The notes under the pieces: generated by a model
Told to the model about the DNA's origin: nothing
Database searches by the model: none
Seen by the model: only the letters and a program-made list of their open reading frames with translations
Part shown: piece by piece, positions 25,342 through 35,331 of the stretch
How positions within the stretch are numbered: position 1 is the stretch's first letter
Layout of the letters: each line of letters starts with the position of its first letter
Position numbers and translations under genes: made by a program
Origin: Isoptericola sp.
GTDB taxonomy: Bacteria > Actinomycetota > Actinomycetes > Actinomycetales > Cellulomonadaceae
DNA: 64,000 nt
NCBI GenBank assembly: GCA_031180595.1
Contig: JAPSLQ010000002.1
Location: 1,929-65,928 of the forward strand
Direction of reading: 5' to 3'

Positions 25342-26294
25342 GCGTCGTGAGGCGCGTCCTCGGCGCCGTGCGCAACCCGGTCGTCAAGTGGCTGTTCCTG
25401 GCCGTGGCGGTCGGCCTCGCGGTCTACGCGGTCTGGGCCACGTGGGACGACCTGGTGGACGCCGCGGGCCGGCTCTCGCCCGGCACGGTGGGCGCGGCGG
25501 TCGCGCTGACGATCGCGTACGTGGGCTGCACGCTCCTCGCGTGGCGGGCGGTGCTCGCGGATCTCGGGTCCCCCCTCCCGGGCAGGGCGGCCGTCGCGGT
25601 GTTCGGCATGAGCCAGATCGGCAAGTACGTGCCGGGCGGCGTCTGGAACGTCGTGGCCGCGGCCGAGCTCGGGGCGACGCACCGCATCCCACGGCGGCGC
25701 TCGCTGGCCGCCATGGCCGTCGCCGTGCTGATCTCGGTCGTGTCGGGAACGGTCGTCGGTGCCGCCTGCCTGCCGTTCTTCTCCGTCAGCTCCCTCGGTG
25801 CGTGGTCGTGGGTCGCGGTCGTGGCACCGGTCCTCGCCGTCCTGCTGCTCCCGCCCGTGCTCACCCGGATCGTCGACGTCGCCTTCCGTGTCATCCGCCG
25901 GGAGCCCCTCGAGCAGCCGCTGACGTGGCGCGGGCTCGGTGCCGCGGCGCTCTGGTCCGTCGTCGGCTGGCTCCTCGCCGGTGCGCAGGTCTGGGTCCTG
26001 GCCACCGACCTCGGCCTCGAGAGGGGTCCCAGGAGCTTCGCTCTCGCGGTCGGCGGCTACGCGCTCGCCTGGGTGGTCGGCTTCCTCGTCATCCTCGTCC
26101 CCGCCGGTGCCGGAGCGCGCGAGGGTGTGCTGATCGCGGTGATGGGCGCCGCCATGCCGCACCCGGAGCTCCTGCTGACGGTGCTCCTGAGCCGCGTCCT
26201 GATGACCCTGGTGGACCTCGGGCTCGCGGGGCTCGGTGCGGTCTTCGCGGGCGGTCGTCGGCACACCGTGCCGGTGACCGAGCCACGCCCGTAG
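25338..26294 (+). CDS. lysylphosphatidylglycerol-synthase-TM-like (flippase-like) membrane protein
   Basis: SQIGKYVPG and PAGAGAREG motifs; about 8 TM segments. Confidence 0.78.
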   Translation: MSVVRRVLGAVRNPVVKWLFLAVAVGLAVYAVWATWDDLVDAAGRLSPGTVGAAVALTIAYVGCTLLAWRAVLADLGSPLPGRAAVAVFGMSQIGKYVPGGVWNVVAAAELGATHRIPRRRSLAAMAVAVLISVVSGTVVGAACLPFFSVSSLGAWSWVAVVAPVLAVLLLPPVLTRIVDVAFRVIRREPLEQPLTWRGLGAAALWSVVGWLLAGAQVWVLATDLGLERGPRSFALAVGGYALAWVVGFLVILVPAGAGAREGVLIAVMGAAMPHPELLLTVLLSRVLMTLVDLGLAGLGAVFAGGRRHTVPVTEPRP

Positions 26295-26322
26295 CGCGCG
26301 GCGCCCGCGCGGCCCGGGCCGC

Positions 26323-28164
26323 CTACGACGGCCGGCGCACCCCGAGGGTGTCCCCGCCGTTCCCGTCCCAGTCGCCGGCGAGCCCCGTGTCCGAGGCGCG
26401 GCCGTAGGTGAGGACCCGCGTGGCCTCGCCGCTGCTCAGCGAGTCCCGGAAGTAGTACGTGCGGCCGCGCCGGACGGCCAGGGTGTCCTTGCCGTCGCCG
26501 TTCCAGTCGCCGACGAGGACGCCGTCCCCGGGCTCGCCGTACCGGACGACGGTCTCCGCCGCCCCGCCGGCGAGGCGGTTGGTGAAGTAGAACGTGTTGC
26601 CGCGCCGGACCGCCAGGGTGTCCTTGCCGTCGCCGTTCCAGTCGCCGACGAGAACCCCGTCCTCCGGCCTGCCGTACCGGACGACGGTCTCCGCCTCTCC
26701 GCCGGCGAGGCGGTTGGTGAAGTGGAACGTGTTGCCGCGCCGGACGGCGAGCGTGTCCTTGCCGTCGCCGTTCCAGTCGCCGACCAGCGTCGCGTCCCCG
26801 GGCGTGCCGTAGTTCACGACCGCCGCCGCCTTCCCGGCGGTGAGGCGGTTGTTGAAGTGGTAGGTGCTTCCCCGGCGGACCACCAGGGTGTCGGTGCCGT
26901 TGCCGTCCCAGTCGCCCACGTAGACACGATCCGTCTCCAGGCCGTACGGGAACGAGTGGTTCGCCGATCCGGACCAGGAGTCGTTCAGGTAGTAGTGCCT
27001 GCCGCTGGACACCGCGACGTCCTCGCAGCCGAGCAGCTCGCTGGGGCCGGAGGGGCGGTTGAGGGCGAAGACGCAGACGTTGTGGTCGCCGGGGGTGACG
27101 GCGACCGTCCCGCTGAACCCGACCGCCTCGCGCCCGTGGACCCGGGCGACGTCCGGCCGGGACCGTGAGGCGTTGAGCCACGTGGCGAGCGCGCCGTCGA
27201 CGTAGACGTGGACCGCGATCGAGGACGTCGTGTCGGGGTCGAACGCCCATCCCGTGACGCGCACCGACGCGGTGCCCGCCGCCGCGACGTCGTCCAGCGA
27301 GCCCACGGGAGCACGGTCACCCCTCGGCGAGCCGAACCACGCGTTGAAGAAGTAGTGGAAGTTCCGGTTCCCGTAGGAGGAGCACGAGTCACCGGTGCCC
27401 GTCCCGGCCGCGAGGGCGGCCCGGTTCGGCTGGTAGGGCGTGTAGTTGTAGAGGCTCGCGGTCGCCTGGTTCTCGATGTAGACGGCGGAGCTGCCGCACG
27501 CCTCGTTCGGGTGGTACCGGACCTGGTTCACCGCGTGCGCCCGGTGCGCGTACGACGTCGGGAAGGCCGCGTACCGCTTGAGCTGGCGGGCCGCGGAGTA
27601 CACCTGGTTGGCGAACCCGGCGTACTGCGGGTCGCAGACCCCGCCCGTGTTGTCCGGGCACCCGAACCCCAGGGCCCGCGAGTAGGTGCGAGGGGGCTTT
27701 CCCGTCGTGGACGTGACGAGCCCCTGCTCCTTCTGGAGGGTCACCAGGAGCACCTGGGGGTTGATGCCGCACGCGACGCCGACCTTGGCGATGATGGCCG
27801 CCGACGTCTCGTTGGTGGCCCCGGTGTACCGCCGGGGGCACAGCGACGTCGCGGCACGCGTCGGCGTCGTCTCCCGGTAGTCCTTGAGGCACGTGTTGCC
27901 GGACGTGGCGCGGCAGGAGCTCCCGGTCGAGGCGATGAACGAGGCGATCTGCGCCTGCGTCATGGAGCCGGCGTCGTACATCACGAAGTCGCTGATGATG
28001 TTCCCGGGCCTGAAGTCCGTGATGGGAGCGGTCGGCATCGGTCCGGTCGGCTGACGGGCGGGGCCGGGGTCGGCGCCCGCCGGCGTCACCACGACGGTCA
28101 GCGAGAGCACGACGGTGCACACCGCGGCCGCGAGCCGAGCGCCGCGGGAGCGCGTCACCCTCAC
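26323..28164 (-). CDS. secreted cell-wall protein: putative lysozyme-like N-terminal domain + Ig-like domain + five GDWxGxG repeats
   Basis: Signal peptide; INPQVLLVTLQKEQG, GFGCPD, LYNYTPY and YGNRNF motifs; GWAFDPD domain; 45-aa repeats. GTG 28164 overlaps the upstream TGA; GAGGTGG RBS. Confidence 0.75.
   Translation of the reverse strand: MRVTRSRGARLAAAVCTVVLSLTVVVTPAGADPGPARQPTGPMPTAPITDFRPGNIISDFVMYDAGSMTQAQIASFIASTGSSCRATSGNTCLKDYRETTPTRAATSLCPRRYTGATNETSAAIIAKVGVACGINPQVLLVTLQKEQGLVTSTTGKPPRTYSRALGFGCPDNTGGVCDPQYAGFANQVYSAARQLKRYAAFPTSYAHRAHAVNQVRYHPNEACGSSAVYIENQATASLYNYTPYQPNRAALAAGTGTGDSCSSYGNRNFHYFFNAWFGSPRGDRAPVGSLDDVAAAGTASVRVTGWAFDPDTTSSIAVHVYVDGALATWLNASRSRPDVARVHGREAVGFSGTVAVTPGDHNVCVFALNRPSGPSELLGCEDVAVSSGRHYYLNDSWSGSANHSFPYGLETDRVYVGDWDGNGTDTLVVRRGSTYHFNNRLTAGKAAAVVNYGTPGDATLVGDWNGDGKDTLAVRRGNTFHFTNRLAGGEAETVVRYGRPEDGVLVGDWNGDGKDTLAVRRGNTFYFTNRLAGGAAETVVRYGEPGDGVLVGDWNGDGKDTLAVRRGRTYYFRDSLSSGEATRVLTYGRASDTGLAGDWDGNGGDTLGVRRPS
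26340..27000 (-). repeat. intragenic 135-bp tandem repeats (45-aa FG-GAP/VCBS-like units, 5 copies)
   Basis: The CGGAC...GTGTCCTTGCCGTCGCCGTTCCAGTCGCCGAC block recurs starting at 26471, 26606 and 26741; more diverged copies flank these. Confidence 0.88.
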
Positions 28165-28787
28165 GGGACGACCACCTCGCGGGGAGCGGACGACCCGGCA
28201 CTGGTCGGCGACGTGTACTCGAGGACGGCGTGCCAGGTGCCGCTCGCGAGCTCGCTGCCGAGCACCTCGAGACCGCCGCACGAGGTGGTCTGCACGTCGG
28301 TCAGCGCGGCGGACTCGGCGCTCGTCGTCGTGCCGGACCTCGTCAGGACGAGCCGGCAGGTCCCCCCGTCCTCGTACACCGCGGCGTACCCCGACGCCTC
28401 GACGGCGCGCGTCTCGGGGTTCCAGGCGAGGTACGAGAGCTCGACGTCGGCGGCGGTGGCCGGTGACGCGACGTCCGAGGGCGCGGATGGCGACGGCGGG
28501 GGCGAGACGGTGGAGGGCTCGCCGGAGGGAGCGTCCGACGGCGTGGCGGGAGGTGCCGAGGACGGAGAGACCGCGGCGGGTCCCGGCGGCGTGGGCGACG
28601 CCGTCGCCTCGGGGGCTGACGCGGTCGGCGACGCGCTGGTCGCGGGGGCGGTCGCAGCGTCCGACGCCTCCTGGACGAGCGGGGAGGCCGCGGCTCGGTC
28701 GCCTTCGGGACCCCAGGCCGACGCGTAGGCGGCGGCCGCGGCGCACACGGCCACGGTGAGGGTCGCGATCGCGTTCGGACGACGCAT
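28161..28787 (-). CDS. secreted/anchored hypothetical protein with Pro/Ala/Ser linker and small Cys-pair beta domain
   Basis: N-terminal hydrophobic segment, low-complexity linker, EDGGTC...TTSCGG domain; coupled to the downstream gene. Confidence 0.7.
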   Translation of the reverse strand: MRRPNAIATLTVAVCAAAAAYASAWGPEGDRAAASPLVQEASDAATAPATSASPTASAPEATASPTPPGPAAVSPSSAPPATPSDAPSGEPSTVSPPPSPSAPSDVASPATAADVELSYLAWNPETRAVEASGYAAVYEDGGTCRLVLTRSGTTTSAESAALTDVQTTSCGGLEVLGSELASGTWHAVLEYTSPTSAGSSAPREVVVP

Positions 28788-28896
28788 GGGTCGGCTCTCT
28801 CGACGGCAGGGCAGGACTCGTCGACCGTAAGCGGCGTGCCGGAGATAACCGTGGAGGCTGGCTCGCGTGTCGCGGTGGTGCGGCGGTGCGGGCGGG

Positions 28897-29514
28897 TCAG
28901 CGCCGCAGGGACTCGACGAACTCCTGGACGACGTCGTGGGCGGGCAGGAGCCCTTGCGCGGCCGCCTCGGCCAGGCTGGGGGCCGCGGCGTCCTTGTCGG
29001 ACAGCAACGGCGCGACCGGGTTGCCGTGGCGGTCCGTGTCGGGCCACTCGATGCCGAGCTCCGGGTCGAGGGGGTCGATCCCGCGCTCGCGGCTCGGGTC
29101 GTACCCGGTCGAGCACAGGTAGAGGACCGTCGAGGCGTCCTCGAGCGCCATGAACGCGTGCCCGAGACCCTCGCCGAGGTAGATGGCGCGGCGGTCGACG
29201 TCGTCGAGCAGCACGGAGTCCCACACGCCGAAGGTCGGCGAGCCGACGCGGACGTCGACGACGACGTCGAGGACCGCGCCCTTCGCGCAGGTCACGTACT
29301 TCGCCTGACCGGGAGGGACGTCGGCGAAGTGGACGCCGCGGACCACCCCTGCCGCGGACACCGAGCAGTTGGCCTGCTGGAGGTCCAGGGGGTGCCCGAC
29401 CGCCTCCTCGAACGCCGGGGCCTTGAACCACTCGAGGAACACACCGCGCGGGTCGCCGAACTGCCTCGGCGTGATCTCGAAGGCGCCGGGGACTCTCAGG
29501 GGGCGGTAGTGCAT
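28897..29514 (-). CDS. rmlC: dTDP-4-dehydrorhamnose 3,5-epimerase
   Basis: DPRGVFLEWF, QANCSVS, RGVHF, VDVRVGSPTFG, GHAF and LSDKD. Confidence 0.95.
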   Translation of the reverse strand: MHYRPLRVPGAFEITPRQFGDPRGVFLEWFKAPAFEEAVGHPLDLQQANCSVSAAGVVRGVHFADVPPGQAKYVTCAKGAVLDVVVDVRVGSPTFGVWDSVLLDDVDRRAIYLGEGLGHAFMALEDASTVLYLCSTGYDPSRERGIDPLDPELGIEWPDTDRHGNPVAPLLSDKDAAAPSLAEAAAQGLLPAHDVVQEFVESLRR

Positions 29515-29551
29515 CTCTTCGGGACTCCTCTGGTCGCGGACGGCCTGGCCT

Positions 29552-29561
29552 TAGGATCCTA
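29552..29561. promoter_or_regulatory. palindromic TAGGATCCTA: overlapping -10 boxes for divergent rmlC/rmlD
   Basis: Perfect palindrome giving TAGGAT on each strand; the + strand box is 7 nt upstream of the rmlD GTG. Confidence 0.55.
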
Positions 29562-29564
29562 CGG

Positions 29565-30458
29565 GTGAGCAACGCTGGGAACGCCGCTTCCGCAGGCCTG
29601 TCCGCCACGCGCTGGCTCGTCGTCGGCGCCGCCGGCATGCTCGGCCAGGACATGGTGGCCGCCGCGTCCAGAGCCGGCGCCGAGGTCGTCGCCGCGGGGC
29701 GCGCCGACGTCGACGTGACCGACGTGCGGGGTGTGACCGCCGCGGTCGCCGGCTTCGACGTCGTCGTCAACTGCGCGGCCTGGACCGCCGTCGACGACGC
29801 GGAGACCCACGAGGCCGACGCCTTCGCGGTGAACGCCGTGGGGCCGGCGAACCTGGCGCGCGCGGCGGCCCGCAGCGGCGCCCGGCTCGTGCACGTCTCG
29901 ACCGACTACGTCTTCGACGGCGCGGCGACCGAGCCGTACGCGGAGGACGCTCCGGTCGCGCCGCGGTCGGCCTACGGGCGGACCAAGGCGGCCGGCGAGT
30001 GGGCGGTGCGGGCCGAGGCGCCCGACCACCTCGTCGTCCGGACGGCCTGGCTGTACGGGGCCGGCGGCGCATGCTTCCCCAAGACCATGGCCCGGCTCGC
30101 GTCCGAGCGCGACCGGCTCACGGTGGTCGACGACCAGGTCGGCCAGCCGACGTGGACGGCGGATCTCGCCGAGCTCGTCGTCCGGCTCGTCGGCGCCGGA
30201 GCCCCCGCCGGCACGTATCACGGGACGTCCACCGGGAAGGTCTCGTGGCTCGGCTTCGCCCGGGAGGTCCTGGCGTCGGCGGGATCGCCGGTCGTGCCGG
30301 AACCGACCACCAGCGAGGCGTTCGCGCGGCCCGCGCCGCGCCCGGCGTACTCCGTGCTGGGCCACGCCGCGCTGCGGGCCGCCGGAGTCGAGCCGATCGG
30401 GGACTGGGCCGAGCGGTGGAGGGTCGCCGCTCCCGCGGTCCTGGGCCGTGAGGCGTGA
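29565..30458 (+). CDS. rmlD: dTDP-4-dehydrorhamnose reductase
   Basis: GAAGMLG, NCAAWTAVD, HVSTDYVFDG, YGRTK, DDQVGQPT and RPAYSVL. Confidence 0.95.
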   Translation: MSNAGNAASAGLSATRWLVVGAAGMLGQDMVAAASRAGAEVVAAGRADVDVTDVRGVTAAVAGFDVVVNCAAWTAVDDAETHEADAFAVNAVGPANLARAAARSGARLVHVSTDYVFDGAATEPYAEDAPVAPRSAYGRTKAAGEWAVRAEAPDHLVVRTAWLYGAGGACFPKTMARLASERDRLTVVDDQVGQPTWTADLAELVVRLVGAGAPAGTYHGTSTGKVSWLGFAREVLASAGSPVVPEPTTSEAFARPAPRPAYSVLGHAALRAAGVEPIGDWAERWRVAAPAVLGREA

Positions 30459-30486
30459 GCCGTCGCGTCCCGGTCCGGCCGTCCCG

Positions 30487-31350
30487 TCAGTCGTCGAGCA
30501 GACCGAGGAGGTAGGTCCCGTACCCGGACTTGGTCAGCCTCTCCGCACGCTGGCGCAGCTCGTCGTCCGACAGGAACCCCTGGCGCCACGCGACCTCCTC
30601 CGGCGCGCCGACCTTCAGTCCCTGGCGGTGCTCGACCGTGCGAACGAAGTCGCTCGCCTCGAGCAGCGAGTCGAAGGTGCCCGTGTCCAGCCAGGCGGTC
30701 CCGCGCGGCAGCACCTCGACGTGCAGCGCGCCGCGCTCCAGGTACGCCCTGTTGACGTCGGTGATCTCGTACTCCCCACGGGCGGACGGTGCCAGCGACT
30801 TGGCGATCTCGACGACGTCGTTGTCGTAGAAGTAGAGCCCGGGGACGGCGTAGCTGGACCTCGGGGAGGCGGGCTTCTCCTCGAGCGAGAGCGCCTTGCC
30901 GCTCTCGTCGAACTCGACCACGCCGTACGCCGTCGGGTCGGCGACGCGGTACGCGAAGATCGCGCCACCGTCCACGTCGCCGAAGCGGCCGAGGCGGGTG
31001 CCCAGCCCGGGACCGTAGAAGATGTTGTCACCGAGGACCAGGGCCGCCGAGTCGTCGCCGATGAAGTCCTCGCCCAGCACGAACGCCTGGGCCAGCCCGT
31101 CGGGGCGCTCCTGCACCGTGTACCGGATGTGGACGCCGAACTGCGACCCGTCGCCGAGCAGGCGGTGGAACTGTTCCGCGTCGTGGGGCGTGGTGATGAC
31201 GAGGATGTCCTGGATACCCGCGAGCATCAGGGTCGACAGCGGGTAGTAGATCATCGGCTTGTCGTACACCGGGACCAGCTGCTTGCTGACACCCATCGTG
31301 ATCGGGTGGAGCCGTGTGCCGGACCCGCCGGCCAGGATGATCCCTCGCAT
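30487..31350 (-). CDS. rmlA: glucose-1-phosphate thymidylyltransferase
   Basis: [34 protein letters not shown] and WLDTGT. Confidence 0.97.
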   Translation of the reverse strand: MRGIILAGGSGTRLHPITMGVSKQLVPVYDKPMIYYPLSTLMLAGIQDILVITTPHDAEQFHRLLGDGSQFGVHIRYTVQERPDGLAQAFVLGEDFIGDDSAALVLGDNIFYGPGLGTRLGRFGDVDGGAIFAYRVADPTAYGVVEFDESGKALSLEEKPASPRSSYAVPGLYFYDNDVVEIAKSLAPSARGEYEITDVNRAYLERGALHVEVLPRGTAWLDTGTFDSLLEASDFVRTVEHRQGLKVGAPEEVAWRQGFLSDDELRQRAERLTKSGYGTYLLGLLDD

Positions 31351-31487
31351 GGCGCTGCATTCTCGCACGTGCGGGCGCCGGCCGCCGAGTCCGCCAGGGA
31401 CCTCGGCGGCTCCGGCCGCCGTCAGCACCGGGCGGGGCGGGCGCGTGCGATACCGTCGGAGCCGTCATCACGGAGGAGGGCAGTGCG

Positions 31488-32801
31488 GTGAGGGTCTCGG
31501 TGATCGGCCTCGGGTATCTCGGGGCGGTGCATGCGGCGAGCATGGCGAAGCTCGGGCACCACGTCGTGGGTGTGGACGTGGACGCGGCGAAGGTCGACGC
31601 GCTCGCCGCCGGCAAGTCGCCGTTCTTCGAGCCCGGCTTCGAGGACCTCCTCACGGAGGTGGGTGCCACCGGCCGGCTCTCGGTGACGACGGACATGGCC
31701 GACGTCGCCGGGGCGCAGGTGCACTTCGTCTGCGTGGGGACGCCGCAGTCGGCCGACGGCTACGCGGCCGACCTCACGTACGTCGACGCGGCGGTCTCGA
31801 GCCTTGCCGAGCACCTGGCCCCGGGAGACCTCGTCGTCGGGAAGTCCACGGTCCCGGTCGGCACGGCGGCCAGGCTCGCCGAGGTGGTGCGCGCCGCACA
31901 GCCCGACGCGATGCTCGCCTGGAACCCGGAGTTCCTGCGGGAGGGCTTCGCCGTCAAGGACACCCTGCACCCCGACCGGATCGTCTACGGCGTGCCGGAC
32001 GGGGAGGCGGGGCGGACGGCCGCCGCGATGCTCGACGAGGTCTACGCCACGCCGCTGTCCGAGGGCATCCCGCGCATCGTGACGGACTATCCGACCGCCG
32101 AGCTGGTCAAGGTCGCGGCGAACTCGTTCCTCGCCACCAAGATCTCGTTCATCAACGCGATGGCCGAGCTGTGCGAGGTCGCGGGCGGGGACGTCACCCA
32201 GCTCGCGGACGCGATCGGGTACGACGCGCGGATCGGCCGCCGGTTCCTCAACGCGGGGCTCGGCTTCGGCGGCGGCTGCCTGCCGAAGGACATCCGTGCG
32301 TTCATGGCCCGGGCGAGCGAGCTCGGCGCGGGGGACGCGGTCGAGTTCCTCGCGGACGTCGACGACATCAACAACCGGCGCCGCGCCCGCATGGTCGACC
32401 TGGCCACCGAGGTGCTCGACGGGTCGGTGAGCGGCGCGCGCATCACCGTTCTCGGTGCCGCCTTCAAGCCCGACAGCGACGACATCCGCGACTCGCCGGC
32501 GCTCGACGTGGCCGCGCGCCTCGCCGAGCTGGGGGCGCACGTCACGGTGAACGACCCGGAGGCGATCGAGAACGCGCGGCGCCGGCAGCCCCAGCTCACC
32601 TACGAGAAGGACCTCGAGGAGGCGCTGCGGGACGCCGACGCGGTGCTCGTGCTGACCGAGTGGCGCCAGTTCCGGGAGCTCGACCCGAGCCGCGCCGCCG
32701 AGCTCGTCGCGCACCGCAACGTGCTCGACGGGCGCAACGCGCTGGACCGCGAGGCGTGGACCGCCGCCGGCTGGACGTACCGCGCGCTCGGTCGGCACTG
32801 A
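31488..32801 (+). CDS. ugd: UDP-glucose/GDP-mannose 6-dehydrogenase
   Basis: GLGYLG, NPEFLREG, GFGGGCLPKD and AFKPDSDDIRDSP; GGAGGAGG RBS. Confidence 0.92.
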   Translation: MRVSVIGLGYLGAVHAASMAKLGHHVVGVDVDAAKVDALAAGKSPFFEPGFEDLLTEVGATGRLSVTTDMADVAGAQVHFVCVGTPQSADGYAADLTYVDAAVSSLAEHLAPGDLVVGKSTVPVGTAARLAEVVRAAQPDAMLAWNPEFLREGFAVKDTLHPDRIVYGVPDGEAGRTAAAMLDEVYATPLSEGIPRIVTDYPTAELVKVAANSFLATKISFINAMAELCEVAGGDVTQLADAIGYDARIGRRFLNAGLGFGGGCLPKDIRAFMARASELGAGDAVEFLADVDDINNRRRARMVDLATEVLDGSVSGARITVLGAAFKPDSDDIRDSPALDVAARLAELGAHVTVNDPEAIENARRRQPQLTYEKDLEEALRDADAVLVLTEWRQFRELDPSRAAELVAHRNVLDGRNALDREAWTAAGWTYRALGRH

Positions 32802-32884
32802 GCGCACGCGTCCCCGGTTGCGTCCCGGGCAGGTGTCGGGCGCCGGCCAGGCGGTGACCCGCGCTCATCTGGGAGACTGACCAC

Positions 32885-34495
32885 GTGACGCGTGACACGG
32901 CACCCACGGCAGCGCTCATCGCAGGGATGTCGACACCCGAGCACCGGACGTATCGCCGTGCCCTGGCCCTCCTGACCTTGCTCGTCGCGGCGTGGACGCT
33001 CGTCTGGGCGGTCCTCACCCCCGCGTTCCGCTCGCCCGACGAGCAGAACCACGTCAACAGCGTGCTGCGCATCGCCTACGGCGGGGGATGGCCGCCTCCC
33101 GGGGAGGCGTACTTCTCCCCGGTGATCGAGCAGGCCGTCGAGGAGGCGGCGTACCCGGCGGACCTGCCCGGGCGGTACGCGTACCGGGAGAGCGCGCGCC
33201 AGCTCGTCGACGTGACGCCCGTGCCGCGCGAGGAGCGCGCCCGGATCGACGCGACGTCGGCCCTCCCGGCCGCGAATGCCGAGATCGACCAGATGACGCA
33301 GCACCCGCCGGCCTACTACGCGCTGGGGGCTGCGGCCCTGAGGGTCACCGGCCTCCACGACGCACGCTGGGACCAGGCCATGCTGGCGCTCCGGCTGCTG
33401 GACGTCCTGCTCTTCGCCGCCACGATCCCGTTCGCCGCGGGCGCCGCGCTGCGCCTGACGGGGTCTCGTTCGGTCGCCCTCCTGAGCGCGCCGCTCCCGC
33501 TCCTGGTGCCCCAGGTCGGGCACATCATGGGGTCCGTCAACAACGACGTGCTCGTGGTCCTGGCCTGCGCGGTCGCCACGTACCTCGCCGCGCGCATCGT
33601 CACCGGCGACCTGCGATGGCGGACGGCCGTGGTGATCGGCGCGGTCCTGGGGGTCGGTCTGCTCACGAAGGTGATGGTGGCCTTCGTGGTGCCCACCGTG
33701 GTGGTCGCGTACCTGCTCGCGCCGGGTGCCGAGTGGCGCACGAAGGCCACCCGGTGCGCCGTCGCGATGGTGGCCGCGCTGGTCGTCGGCGGATGGTGGT
33801 GGGTCCGCAACGTGCTCACGATGGGCGTGGTCCAGCCGGCGGGCCGGGCACGTGACCTGGCGCAGCTGGCCCAGGTCCCCGACGACGAGGCCGTCCCGCT
33901 GACCGTCGGACGCATCGCGCAGTCGTTCTTCGGGCAGCTCGGGTGGCTCGAGGTCCGGCTCGACGGCGGCTTCGTGGTGCTCGGGTCGGCGGTCGTGGCG
34001 GTCGCGAGTCTCGTCGCCCTGGCGTGGCCGGGTTGCCGACGGGCGGCCGCCGCGCTGCTCCTCCTGCCGACGACGCTGGCCGCCGGGGTCGCGTACAACG
34101 CCCTGGACTACCACGCCGAGACGGGCGTCCTCGTCGCCCTGCAGGGCCGGTACGTGTTCGGCGGCCTGGCGGCGCTCGCCGTCGTCCTCGCCGTCGCCGT
34201 CTGGTACCTGCTCGGCCGGTCGCGAGCCCGGGCAGCCGTCGCCGTCCCGGTGGTCACCGTCGTGGCTCTCGCCGTCGGGACGGTCGGGGTGTGGTGGGGC
34301 CTGCGGATGATGTACCGCGGCCCGGGGGAGGGGGTCGGCGAGGCCGTCGACCGCTGGCTCGCGTGGAGCCCGCTCGAAGGCTGGCAGCTGGCCGTGGCCC
34401 TCGGTGGCGCCGCCGTCGTGGCCGTCGCAGCCGTCGTCGGGGCCGTGCGCTGGGCGGTCGCCGCGCGCGGCCGAGAGGTGACGCCCCGCCCCTGA
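32885..34495 (+). CDS. GT-C-like membrane glycosyltransferase (DUF2142-like)
   Basis: PDEQNH, QHPPAYY, GSVNND, GWWWVRN and QGRY motifs; many TM helices. Confidence 0.7.
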   Translation: MTRDTAPTAALIAGMSTPEHRTYRRALALLTLLVAAWTLVWAVLTPAFRSPDEQNHVNSVLRIAYGGGWPPPGEAYFSPVIEQAVEEAAYPADLPGRYAYRESARQLVDVTPVPREERARIDATSALPAANAEIDQMTQHPPAYYALGAAALRVTGLHDARWDQAMLALRLLDVLLFAATIPFAAGAALRLTGSRSVALLSAPLPLLVPQVGHIMGSVNNDVLVVLACAVATYLAARIVTGDLRWRTAVVIGAVLGVGLLTKVMVAFVVPTVVVAYLLAPGAEWRTKATRCAVAMVAALVVGGWWWVRNVLTMGVVQPAGRARDLAQLAQVPDDEAVPLTVGRIAQSFFGQLGWLEVRLDGGFVVLGSAVVAVASLVALAWPGCRRAAAALLLLPTTLAAGVAYNALDYHAETGVLVALQGRYVFGGLAALAVVLAVAVWYLLGRSRARAAVAVPVVTVVALAVGTVGVWWGLRMMYRGPGEGVGEAVDRWLAWSPLEGWQLAVALGGAAVVAVAAVVGAVRWAVAARGREVTPRP

Positions 34496-34567
34496 GTCGC
34501 CTCGCCGCGGACGTCGTCGACCCGTTCACCTGACCGAGGAAGCAGTTCCCGCCGTATCGTGCGTGCC

Positions 34568-35329
34568 ATGACCACGGTGAGCATGCCGCCGCTGACGCTG
34601 TACGGGAGCCTGCGCTGGGACGTCGTCGCGTCGCTCCTGCCGAGGACGCCGTCGCGGATCCTCGAGGTCGGCTGCGGGCAGGGAGCTGTCGGTGTGCGGC
34701 TCGCCGCGGCCGGCCACGACTGGACGGGCGTCGAGCTGGACGGGGTGAGCGCCGAGGCCGCGCGGCGCCGGTTCCAGGAGGCAGGGGTCGTCGGCCGGGT
34801 CGTCCACGGCGACCTCGGCGCGCTGGGTGACGCGCCACCGTTCGACGTCGTGTGCGCGTTCGAGGTGATCGAGCACATCGACGACGACGCCGGAGCGCTG
34901 CGGGAATGGATCGACCGCCTCCGCCCCGGTGGCCTCCTCATCGTGTCGACGCCGGCGTGGCAGGCCCGGTTCGGGCCGATGGACGAGGCGGTCGGCCACT
35001 TCCGGCGGTACGACCCGGCGGCGATCCGGGCCTTGCTCGACGACGCCGGGCTGGCGGAGACCGGGGTGCGGCTCTACGGGATGCCGCTCGGCTATGCGCT
35101 CGAGGCCGTGCGCAACGGTGTGGCGCGCCGCCGTCTCCTGGGCGAGGCGGCGACGGTCGAGGATCGTACGGCGCGGAGCGGTCGGCTGTTCCAGCCCTCC
35201 ACGCGTCTCGCGGGCCACGCCACGCGGGCGGCGACGTGGCCGTTCCGGATCGTGCAGCGCGCGTTCCCCCGCACCGGCACCGGCCTCGTCGCGTGGGGCC
35301 GGCGACCGAGCAGGCGAGAACCGGGCTGA
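34568..35329 (+). CDS. class I SAM-dependent methyltransferase
   Basis: ILEVGCGQG, FEVIEHIDDD and GHFRRY; TATCGT 7 nt before ATG 34568. Confidence 0.87.
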   Translation: MTTVSMPPLTLYGSLRWDVVASLLPRTPSRILEVGCGQGAVGVRLAAAGHDWTGVELDGVSAEAARRRFQEAGVVGRVVHGDLGALGDAPPFDVVCAFEVIEHIDDDAGALREWIDRLRPGGLLIVSTPAWQARFGPMDEAVGHFRRYDPAAIRALLDDAGLAETGVRLYGMPLGYALEAVRNGVARRRLLGEAATVEDRTARSGRLFQPSTRLAGHATRAATWPFRIVQRAFPRTGTGLVAWGRRPSRREPG

Positions 35330-35331
35330 CG

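Noticed and set aside
26340-27000. Repeat array as a possible CRISPR
   Set aside because: The 135-bp period is in frame and protein-coding, there are no unique spacers, and no cas genes are present.
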